62,304 bases of DNA. It comes from a virus. Taxonomy: Duplodnaviria; Caudoviricetes. A program made the translations under genes and the position numbers. The stretch is from positions 1 to 62,304 of IMG/VR virus record IMGVR_UViG_3300035682_000035; one strand, given 5' to 3'. The notes beneath the pieces were generated by a model. It ran no database searches, had not been told where the DNA came from, and was given only the letters and a program-made list of their open reading frames with translations. Below, in pieces: positions 1 through 7,753 of this stretch (positions within the stretch are counted from its first letter, which is position 1; each line of letters begins with the position of its first letter).

Positions 1-2
1 TG

Positions 3-31
3 TTGACTTACCTGTTTTTGGACGTTAGGTT
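3..31 (+). promoter_or_regulatory. Putative sigma70 promoter TTGACT-N17-TAGGTT
   Basis: -35 at 3-8, -10 at 26-31, 17-nt spacer; the -10 lies inside a 24-bp palindrome. Confidence 0.4.
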
Positions 32-46
32 GAGCTCAACCTAACG
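23..46. repeat. Perfect 24-bp palindrome CGTTAGGTTGAGCTCAACCTAACG
   Basis: Equals its own reverse complement. Confidence 0.95.
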
Positions 47-53
47 GTCGAGG

Positions 54-99
54 CGCTCACCCAACCAGTTAGCTCAGACGCTCACCCAACCAGTTAGCT
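54..99. repeat. Two identical 21-bp direct repeats CGCTCACCCAACCAGTTAGCT
   Basis: Copies at 54-74 and 79-99. Confidence 0.95.
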
Positions 100-102
100 T
101 CT

Positions 103-214
103 ACTATCACCGCAAACTATCATGACTACTATCAAGGGTAGACAACTATCACTGGTAAAAGGACTATCATGGTTAAGTGACTATCATTGGTAATGACTAT
201 CATCTCTTCTATCA
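103..214. repeat. Array of ACTATCA heptamers (7 perfect, 1 CTATCA)
   Basis: Copies start at 103, 116, 128, 145, 163, 180, 196; CTATCA at 209; unique linkers. Confidence 0.9.
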
Positions 215-311
215 TAGATTAATTATGACAATCTTCGATTGACGTTTGATTTGTTTGTTTGTCCCCTTCGGGGACAAAGGGCGCGGAAAAATCCGCACCC
301 GAGCGGAGGCG

Positions 312-343
312 AAAAAAAACCCCGCGACCCGAAGGCCGCGAGG
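312..343 (-). terminator. Intrinsic terminator of the isolated early gene
   Basis: Minus RNA CCUCGCGGCC-UUCG-GGUCGCGGGG then U8; downstream of ORF ending at 400. Confidence 0.85.
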
Positions 344-399
344 CGGAGGCGGCGGAGCCGCGAGGCGGGAAGGCGGGAGCCGAAACCCCCGCCCGTTTA

Positions 400-1275
400 T
401 CATGCCGAGAAATAGGCAGCAATCTTTTCAGCTAGCTTGTGTAGCTTGTCCTCAACCGCAGTCGATGGAGCGAACGAAGCCTCATCAGTATCAGTCAAGA
501 TTTCATCGACGCACTTAATGACGTAATCAAGAGACTCGCCAAATTTTTCACCGTTGGCAGCTTTGGTGCGGTTGACCTTAGCTTGCATATAACCGCCAGC
601 AATCGCAGCAGGAGCCAGCTTGTTAGCTATGTCAGTAGCAGACGGAACCTTGCCGAAGATAGGATTGTTGCCGCCTACGCACTTAACCTTGAGCGCCTTT
701 GCTTGTTCCAACAGCACATCATCAGCAGGAACAGGCAGACCTTGCAATTCAAGATTGCCCCGAACCCGCTCGACCAGACCGCGAGCCAATTCATTCGGAG
801 CACCAGCATCATCGACCAAATCATAAGCCAGCGAAGCAGGAACCTCGACAGCTTGAACCTTGACCGACTTGCCCTTGCGCTGGACTGTGGCAGTGACAAC
901 ATCGACAGGCGAACCAGACCAGCCAGCAGACGCAATCGTGAACGCACGTTGATAAGCCATTTTATCAGCCGAGGATAAGCCACCTTCGATACCGAAGTTG
1001 TCAGCTAGGGCGCGATACAAGGCAGGCAGATATTTACCATCGACCGAACCATCCTCATGACGCCGAGCCGTGAACATATCTTCAACCAAGCAGACACCAG
1101 ACGTTTCATTATCGCCAACGCCGTAAGACCAGCGCATTGAATACTTGCGTGCAGTGTTGATACCTTCAACCATAGTGGCGATACCAGCTTGCGCTTGAGC
1201 AGTACCTTCGCGGTACATATCGAGGCCCGTTGAAATCGTGGATGCATTCGTGAGAAGCTTTGCAGTAGTAGTCAT
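400..1275 (-). CDS. Hypothetical early protein in a stand-alone transcription unit (likely start MTTTAK; ORF track start is TTG at 1287)
   Basis: Long ORF with own promoter (1332-1360) and terminator (312-343); no recognisable motif. Confidence 0.8.
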   Translation of the reverse strand: MTTTAKLLTNASTISTGLDMYREGTAQAQAGIATMVEGINTARKYSMRWSYGVGDNETSGVCLVEDMFTARRHEDGSVDGKYLPALYRALADNFGIEGGLSSADKMAYQRAFTIASAGWSGSPVDVVTATVQRKGKSVKVQAVEVPASLAYDLVDDAGAPNELARGLVERVRGNLELQGLPVPADDVLLEQAKALKVKCVGGNNPIFGKVPSATDIANKLAPAAIAGGYMQAKVNRTKAANGEKFGESLDYVIKCVDEILTDTDEASFAPSTAVEDKLHKLAEKIAAYFSA

Positions 1276-1331
1276 TTGATATTCCAATCATTTGTTTGTG
1301 TTGCTGGGGAGTTTCTCCCCCCAGTTATTAA

Positions 1332-1360
1332 TATATAGCCTATATACTTGCTTAGACCAA
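1332..1360 (-). promoter_or_regulatory. Putative sigma70 promoter TTGGTC-N17-TATATA
   Basis: 17-nt spacing; shares TTTGGTCTAAGCAA with promoter at 58686-58714. Confidence 0.65.
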
Positions 1361-1387
1361 ATGGACTTGGAGAATTAAAACCAAGAG

Positions 1388-1430
1388 CTTAACGCCAGTT
1401 AAGACATCGCAAAGCATAACCACAGTTAAG
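1388..1430. promoter_or_regulatory. Two operator-like palindromes CTTAAC-N4-GTTAAG
   Basis: 1388-1403 perfect, 1415-1430 one mismatch; motif recurs at 58614, 61076, 61716. Confidence 0.7.
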
Positions 1431-1801
1431 CAAAGCGCACTACGCACGCAGCATAGCTAGAAAATAAAATCGGTCTGCTACGCAGACTTGATTAGGTTTA
1501 AGTAGTAGTTGAGTGGAGTGTAGAATTACTAGGGGTGGGTGTGGACGGATTGACTATACCGTTACCCCACCATACCCCGACCCCCCAACTGTGGCATAGT
1601 GTTACCCCACCACTACATACATACTATTTTGCACATTCAGGGACCACATTTCAAAAAACATACCCCCCACCCCCTCTTTTTCTACCCACCGGTTTCCCAG
1701 CGCCTAGTACAGCCAGACCCCCCGTCACTGTTTCAAATGCAACACCCCCCCCCCCCCATTTTCCTTGCTTTATCCACAGCCTACCCCTATTCAGCCCACC
1801 C

Positions 1802-2158
1802 ATGCCTTTCAAAGACCGCGAGAAGCAGAGGGAAGCGAGCCGTAGGCACTACGCGAAGCATCGAGATCAAGTTATTGCCAAGGCTAAAGAGTACAGCGTC
1901 AAAGCCCGCGTGCGCATCCGTGCGTATATAAGCAACTACCTCAAGACTAGCCCCTGCGTAGACTGCGGGGAAACAGACGCCATCGTGCTAGAATTTGACC
2001 ACCTCAAAGATAAAGACTTCAACTTGTCAGACGCTGCGCGCAAAGGTGTCAGCATGAAAAAGTTAAACGCCGAGATCGCTAAGTGTGAGGTGCGCTGCGC
2101 TAACTGCCACCGCAAGAAGACCTACGAGCGTAGTGGTTGGACGCACAAAGATAATTAA
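1802..2158 (+). CDS. HNH endonuclease (terminase-adjacent); likely start MPFKD
   Basis: CxxC...LEFDH...KCEVRCANCH Zn-HNH pattern; upstream extension to 1535 is C-run low complexity. Confidence 0.85.
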   Translation: MPFKDREKQREASRRHYAKHRDQVIAKAKEYSVKARVRIRAYISNYLKTSPCVDCGETDAIVLEFDHLKDKDFNLSDAARKGVSMKKLNAEIAKCEVRCANCHRKKTYERSGWTHKDN

Positions 2159-2230
2159 CCCTTTTCTTTTTCCCACTAGGTTGTTACACAACCTCGCAAC
2201 CCCGGCCTCCTACAAGCGGAGCTTAACTAC

Positions 2231-2836
2231 GTGACTATAGTCAAAATAGAACCAAGCACGGAATACCCAGTGCCGTTTGACCTGTCCGACGAGGACTTCG
2301 ACAGCTTCGCGGATAAACTAGCTTCCATAGGAAACACAGCCGAGCTGCTTGAGCAGCTGGGTGCCCCGGTCGAGTCTTCTAAAGAAAACCTTGAAGACGA
2401 GGTGGCGTTACTTGATGCAGCCATCGACAAACAAAAAGTTGGCCCACTAACCCAGAGCCTGCCTGCTGCCCTCGGCGCTGCGGCTTTCTTACGTGCTTAT
2501 GGCCAAGGCCGAGCACTCGACGTGGACCAAGTGCGCACCGCGCTTACTAATAAGTTGATGGAGATAGCTGACTGCGGGGACATTAAGTTCGAGCTCAAGG
2601 CCATCGAACTACTTGGTAAGCACAGCGACATCGGGCTGTTCACCGAGCGTAGTGAGATAAATGTCAACTATACCTCATCAGAGAGTCTGGAGAAGGCCAT
2701 TACGGAACGTGTCAAGCGCCTGCTGAATGCAGACGTTATAGATATGAAGCCACTGGGCATGGACCTAGATGAAGAACTAGGCATACTTGATGCGGACTTC
2801 GAAGAGATACTGGCGGAAGAGGATGATATCGGATGA
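2231..2836 (+). CDS. terS: Putative terminase small subunit
   Basis: Overlaps start of terL; KAIELLGKH...GLF TerS-like motif. Confidence 0.65.
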   Translation: MTIVKIEPSTEYPVPFDLSDEDFDSFADKLASIGNTAELLEQLGAPVESSKENLEDEVALLDAAIDKQKVGPLTQSLPAALGAAAFLRAYGQGRALDVDQVRTALTNKLMEIADCGDIKFELKAIELLGKHSDIGLFTERSEINVNYTSSESLEKAITERVKRLLNADVIDMKPLGMDLDEELGILDADFEEILAEEDDIG

Positions 2837-4350
2837 CGATATCGCTCAAAGACATACCCAAGATACTGCCCAAGCTGTCCCCAGCCGAACAAGAACAACT
2901 ACTTGCAGAGTTAGAAAAGCTTGACAAGCTCAAGACGCGTGACGCGTCGCGTAAGCGATTCTTAAAGTTTGTAGAGCAGGTTTGGCCGTCATTCATAGGG
3001 GGACGACATCATGCAAAAATGGCAGACGCCTTCGAACGCGTTGCTCGTGGTGAGTGCAAACGGCTCATTATTAATATGCCACCGCGACACACGAAGTCGG
3101 AGTTCGCGTCTTACCTGCTCCCTGCATGGTTCCTCGGGCTTAATCCGGGAAAGAAAATCATTCAGTGCTCGCACACCGGCGAACTAGCTGTAGGCTTTGG
3201 TCGTAAGGTTCGTAACCTTGTTGACACAGAAGTATACCACGAGACATTTCCTGACTTAAAACTAGCCGCAGACTCAAAAGCTGCTGGCCGGTGGAATACG
3301 TCAAAAGGGGGTGATTACTTCGCTATCGGTGTGGGCGGTGCAGTGACTGGTAAAGGTGCCGACGTGCTCATCATTGATGACCCGCACTCAGAGCAAGAAG
3401 CTGCTATCGCGGAAATAAACCCCGACATCTACGACAAGGCATATGAGTGGTATACATCTGGTCCGCGTCAGCGTCTCCAGCCGGGTGGTGCCATTATAGT
3501 TGTGATGACGCGTTGGTCGAAGCGCGACCTGACCGGGCAGATACTTAAAGATGCAGCTGCTAACGGCAGCTTAGACGAGTGGGAAGTTATTGAGTTTCCC
3601 GCCATTCTACCTAGCGGCAACCCGCTGTGGCCTGAGTTCTGGGAGCTTGAAGAGCTTGAGAAGGTAAAACGCGACGTTCCTAACTCTAAGTGGCAGGCGC
3701 AGTACCAGCAGAACCCGGTGTCCGAGTCTGCGGCTATCGTCAAGCGAGAGTGGTGGCAGGAGTGGGAAGGCGATGACGCGCCAAGCTGTGACTTTGTCCT
3801 GCAGGTGTGGGATACGGCGTTCGAGAAGACGAGCCGAGCCGACTATAGTGCATGCACTACTTGGGGTGTGTTTTACCACCCCGACAACAACGGCATCACA
3901 CAAGCTAACATTATCCTGCTGAATGCGTTCCGTGACCGTATGGAGTTTCCAGAGCTTAAGCGTGTGGCTGTCGAAGAGTATAAAGAGTGGGAACCAGACG
4001 GCGTCATCATAGAAAAGAAGGCGTCAGGTGCACCGCTCATCTACGAGATGCGGGCTATGGGCATACCAGTGCAAGAGTTCACCCCGACACGAGGTAACGA
4101 CAAGATAAGCAGGCTTAATGGTGTAGCAGATATATTTGCATCAGGGCGTGTGTGGGCTCCGGGGACGCGCTGGGCAGAAGAAGTTATTGATGAAGTAGCT
4201 GAATTTCCTGCCGGAGCTAACGATGACTACGTCGATACTGTGTCTATGGCACTACACAGGTTTAGGCGTGGTGGCTACGTGACTACGAACCTAGACGAGC
4301 CCGAAGATATCGTGTACTTTAAATCAAATCGCAATCAGGGGTACTACTAA
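2833..4350 (+). CDS. terL: Terminase large subunit
   Basis: Walker A-like MPPRHTKS, Walker B LIIDD, nuclease motifs WDTA and DDYVD. Confidence 0.95.
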   Translation: MTISLKDIPKILPKLSPAEQEQLLAELEKLDKLKTRDASRKRFLKFVEQVWPSFIGGRHHAKMADAFERVARGECKRLIINMPPRHTKSEFASYLLPAWFLGLNPGKKIIQCSHTGELAVGFGRKVRNLVDTEVYHETFPDLKLAADSKAAGRWNTSKGGDYFAIGVGGAVTGKGADVLIIDDPHSEQEAAIAEINPDIYDKAYEWYTSGPRQRLQPGGAIIVVMTRWSKRDLTGQILKDAAANGSLDEWEVIEFPAILPSGNPLWPEFWELEELEKVKRDVPNSKWQAQYQQNPVSESAAIVKREWWQEWEGDDAPSCDFVLQVWDTAFEKTSRADYSACTTWGVFYHPDNNGITQANIILLNAFRDRMEFPELKRVAVEEYKEWEPDGVIIEKKASGAPLIYEMRAMGIPVQEFTPTRGNDKISRLNGVADIFASGRVWAPGTRWAEEVIDEVAEFPAGANDDYVDTVSMALHRFRRGGYVTTNLDEPEDIVYFKSNRNQGYY

Positions 4351-4616
4351 TGGCAGATGTTAAGGCACTTTTTCCTATCGGCAAAACTCAATGGGCTAAG
4401 TGGTCTAATGACCAGCGTACAGCTTTTAACGAAGCACGCGCAGCAGGCGTGCCATACGGCGATGCCGTAGTAGGCGCGAACCAAACCCAGACCAAAAAGA
4501 AAAAGAACGTGTTCGATATTATCGAAGATGTAGCTGAAGCAGCCGCAGTGATATCACCAGCGGTATCAATAGTTAAAACCGTAGTTAAAGCTGCGACCCA
4601 GAAGAAAGCCAAGTAA
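4350..4616 (+). CDS. Small hypothetical protein
   Basis: Translationally coupled between terL and portal. Confidence 0.7.
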   Translation: MADVKALFPIGKTQWAKWSNDQRTAFNEARAAGVPYGDAVVGANQTQTKKKKNVFDIIEDVAEAAAVISPAVSIVKTVVKAATQKKAK

Positions 4617-7100
4617 ATGGATATCGACAAGTCGCTCAACCAAGCCCCGCTAGGTATGTCCCCGATGATGTCGGAGATGGACGAAGGTCCAGACATCGAG
4701 ATTGAGATCGAAGACCCTGAGAGTGTTCGTATTGGCATGGATGGTCTAGAAATCGAGATCGACCCAGATGATGACGAGGGCGACTTTAACGATAACCTAG
4801 CTGAAGACTTGGACGAGAGCGTGCTTACAGAGCTTGCTGGCGACCTGCTTGGTGAGTTTGACGAAGATATCAGCAGCCGCAAGGACTGGATACAGACTTA
4901 TGTAGACGGTCTTGAGTTGTTGGGTATGAAGGTCGAAGACCGTACGGAACCTTGGCCCGGTGCATGTGGTGTACATCACCCACTGCTGGCCGAAGCGGTA
5001 GTTAAATTCCAAGCCGAGACTATGAGCGAGACATTCCCAGCCCAAGGGCCGGTGCGTACGCAGATAATCGGTAAAGAGACTATAGAGAAGAAGGACGCCG
5101 CTGCACGCGTCCAAGAAGATATGAATTACCAGTTGACCGATGTGATGGTCGAGTATCGTCCTGAGCACGAGCGCATGTTGTGGGGGTTGGGCCTTGCAGG
5201 TAACGCGTTCAAGAAGGTGTACTACGACCCATCACTCGGTCGTCAGGTTGCAATGTATGTAACTGCGGAAGACGTAGTTGTGCCTTATGGCGCGTCCAGC
5301 TTGGAAGTCGCTGAACGCGTCACCCACGTGATGCGGAAGACCCCGAACGAGCTTAAAAAGCTCCAAGCAAATGGGTTTTACCGTGATGTAGACCTACCAG
5401 AGCCCGTCAATTCGATGGATGAGGTAGAGCAGAAGATTTCGGAACAGCTTGGCTTCCGTGCAGAGACCGATGACCGGTACAAACTGCTAGAAATGCACGT
5501 AGATTTGGTCATTGAAGACGATGACTACCGTGACGAAGAGGAAAACAAGCTTGAAATAGCACTCCCATACGTTGTTACCATAGATAAAGAGACCGAGACG
5601 GTCCTATCTATTCGCCGGAATTGGAACCCCGATGATAAAAAGAAACTTAAACGCAATCACTTCGTACATTACTCGTACGTCCCGGGCTTTGGCTTCTACG
5701 CTTTTGGCCTTATTCACCTTATTGGTGCTTTTGCTAAGTCTGGTACCAGTCTTATTCGTCAGCTTGTCGATGCTGGTACTCTATCTAATCTCCCGGGCGG
5801 GTTCAAAACTAAAGGCTTGCGTGTCAAGGGTGATGACACCCCGATAAGTCCTGCTGAATGGCGCGATGTAGACGTCGCTAGTGGTACAATGCGTGATAAT
5901 ATCATGCCACTACCCTACAAGGAACCTTCACAGGTTCTTTACTCCCTTCTTGGTACTATTGTAGACGAAGGTCGTCGCTTCGCTGGTATGGCGGACATGA
6001 AGGTGTCTGACATGTCTGCACAGGCTCCTGTGGGCACCACACTAGCTATTCTTGAGCGTACGTTGAAGATGATGAGTGCCGTGCAGGCACGTGTCCACTA
6101 TGCGATGAAGCGCGAGTTCCAGCTTCTTAAGGGCATCATACGCGACTACACACCAGATGCGTACAGCTTTGAGCCAGAAGAAGGCGGTCGTAGGGCCAAG
6201 AAGTCTGACTACGACAACGTAGATGTTATTCCTGTATCTGATCCTAACGCTGCCACTATGGCGCAGAAGATTGTACAGTATCAGGCTGTTATCCAGTTGG
6301 CACAGGGCGCGCCGCAAATCTACGACCTGCCCTATCTACACCGTCAGATGCTTGAGGTGCTAGGTATCAAGAACGCGCAGAAGCTCGTACCACTCAAAGA
6401 TGGTGACGACATGAAGCCGCGTGACCCTGTGTCAGAAAATATGGACATCATTAACGGTAAGCCCGTTAAGGCGTTTATCTACCAAGACCACGAAGCACAT
6501 ATCATGGTGCACACTACCGCAATGCAAGACCCTAAGATTATGCAGCTTCTGGGCCAGAACCCTAATGCACAGTCTATGATGAGTGCAATGCAAGCGCATA
6601 TAGCTGAACACCTTGCGTTCGAATACCGTAAGCAAGTCGAAGCACAGGCCGGTGTACCGCTGCCACCACCAGAGGCAGAGATGGACAAAGACACCGAACT
6701 GGCTGTCTCCCGTCTAGCTGCACAGGCAGCGCAACAACTGCTCCAGAAGAACCAAGCCGAAGCTGCACAGCAGCAGGCACAGCAGACAGCGCAAGACCCA
6801 ATCGTCCAGATGCAGATGCAAGAGCTGGAGATTAAGAAGGGTGAACTCGAACTCAAGCGGCAGAAGATGCAGATTGACGCCGCAGAGAAGAACGACCGAC
6901 TCGAGCTAGAGATGGCGCGTATCGAGTCGCAAGAAGAGATAGCTGGCCTAAACGTCGGCGCAAAACTTGCCACTTCCAAAAGTCAAATGGAAGCTAAGCA
7001 GGAAGCAGAAGGACTCCGCATGGGTATCGAAATTGCCCGTGAAGCCCTCCAAAGTGAACAACCCGTTCCCAACCAAGCAACGCCCAAGGAGAATGAATGA
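4617..7100 (+). CDS. Portal protein (podovirus type, Q-rich coiled-coil C-terminus)
   Basis: 827 aa after terL; FKKVYYD and GFYAFGL motifs; long helical C-terminus. Confidence 0.85.
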   Translation: MDIDKSLNQAPLGMSPMMSEMDEGPDIEIEIEDPESVRIGMDGLEIEIDPDDDEGDFNDNLAEDLDESVLTELAGDLLGEFDEDISSRKDWIQTYVDGLELLGMKVEDRTEPWPGACGVHHPLLAEAVVKFQAETMSETFPAQGPVRTQIIGKETIEKKDAAARVQEDMNYQLTDVMVEYRPEHERMLWGLGLAGNAFKKVYYDPSLGRQVAMYVTAEDVVVPYGASSLEVAERVTHVMRKTPNELKKLQANGFYRDVDLPEPVNSMDEVEQKISEQLGFRAETDDRYKLLEMHVDLVIEDDDYRDEEENKLEIALPYVVTIDKETETVLSIRRNWNPDDKKKLKRNHFVHYSYVPGFGFYAFGLIHLIGAFAKSGTSLIRQLVDAGTLSNLPGGFKTKGLRVKGDDTPISPAEWRDVDVASGTMRDNIMPLPYKEPSQVLYSLLGTIVDEGRRFAGMADMKVSDMSAQAPVGTTLAILERTLKMMSAVQARVHYAMKREFQLLKGIIRDYTPDAYSFEPEEGGRRAKKSDYDNVDVIPVSDPNAATMAQKIVQYQAVIQLAQGAPQIYDLPYLHRQMLEVLGIKNAQKLVPLKDGDDMKPRDPVSENMDIINGKPVKAFIYQDHEAHIMVHTTAMQDPKIMQLLGQNPNAQSMMSAMQAHIAEHLAFEYRKQVEAQAGVPLPPPEAEMDKDTELAVSRLAAQAAQQLLQKNQAEAAQQQAQQTAQDPIVQMQMQELEIKKGELELKRQKMQIDAAEKNDRLELEMARIESQEEIAGLNVGAKLATSKSQMEAKQEAEGLRMGIEIAREALQSEQPVPNQATPKENE

Positions 7101-7291
7101 CAAATGAGTTACTGATGTACCTGTCAAAAAAGGTACAAGATGAGATTGACGTAATTAGCGGCGACCTCGCCCGTGGCACTGCAAAGGACCATGGGGAATA
7201 TAAATATGCCTGCGGAATTATTCGCGGACTTATGATGTCAAACGGTTTCATCGCTGAAACCGCACAAAGAATGGAACATGACGATGACTGA
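7097..7291 (+). CDS. Small head-region protein
   Basis: Coupled to portal; EYKYACGIIRGL; SD AAGGAG. Confidence 0.7.
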   Translation: MTNELLMYLSKKVQDEIDVISGDLARGTAKDHGEYKYACGIIRGLMMSNGFIAETAQRMEHDDD

Positions 7292-7724
7292 AGAGGACAA
7301 TACTCTCCCCGTACTACCAGAGATTTTTCTGGCTACGGACGTAAATAACATCGAGGACGCAACAGTCCTACCCGACACTGACGATAAGAAAGCCAAGCAG
7401 CTTCCAGACCCATCAGGCTATCGCATATTGTGTGCTATCCCTGAAGTCGAAGACAAGACCGCTGGCGGTATCTTCAAGGCCGACTCTACCAAGCAGTATG
7501 AAGAACTCACTACCCCAGTGCTTATGGTGCTTAAGATGGGTCCAGATTGCTACAAGGACGAGAAACGTTTCCCGTCTGGCCCATGGTGCCAAGAAGGTGA
7601 CTTCATTCTGACCCGCCCAATGGCAGGTAGCCGTGTGAAAATTCACGGTCGTGAGTTCCGCCTAATCAACGACGACAGTGTAGAAGGTGTTGTTGAAGAC
7701 CCACGGGGTATTTCCCGCGCTTAA
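7278..7724 (+). CDS. GroES/Cpn10-like co-chaperonin
   Basis: PSGYRIL, KTAGGI mobile loop, GD, and C-terminal FRLINDDSVEGVV. Confidence 0.85.
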   Translation: MTMTEEDNTLPVLPEIFLATDVNNIEDATVLPDTDDKKAKQLPDPSGYRILCAIPEVEDKTAGGIFKADSTKQYEELTTPVLMVLKMGPDCYKDEKRFPSGPWCQEGDFILTRPMAGSRVKIHGREFRLINDDSVEGVVEDPRGISRA

Positions 7725-7753
7725 CGGACGTAACCCGTACAAGGAGAAGTAAA

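Larger units (their letters stand above)
1..127. repeat. Terminal direct repeat, identical to 62178-62304 (circular assembly overlap)
   Basis: First 127 nt equal last 127 nt; 127 is a common assembler k-mer size. Confidence 0.95.

Noticed and set aside
23-46. Protelomerase (N15 telRL-like) site
   Set aside because: No protelomerase or tyrosine recombinase recognised; palindrome is short.
1-127. Biological direct terminal repeat
   Set aside because: Length equals a standard k-mer and it ends inside the heptamer array; best read as assembly overlap.
54-214. CRISPR or mini-array
   Set aside because: Repeats of 7 bp with 5-11-bp linkers, or two 21-mers 4 bp apart; no cas operon. The Cas4-like nuclease is a normal replication-module gene.
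212-518. Short ORFs over the GC-rich hairpins
   Set aside because: Low-complexity translations of stem-loops, no RBS, overlapping a terminator.
1388-1403. CtrA boxes
   Set aside because: CtrA sites are TTAA-N7-TTAA; these have N6 spacing within a larger palindrome.
1535-1801. N-terminal extension of the HNH ORF
   Set aside because: Pro/His-rich translation of C runs; the domain starts at ATG 1802.
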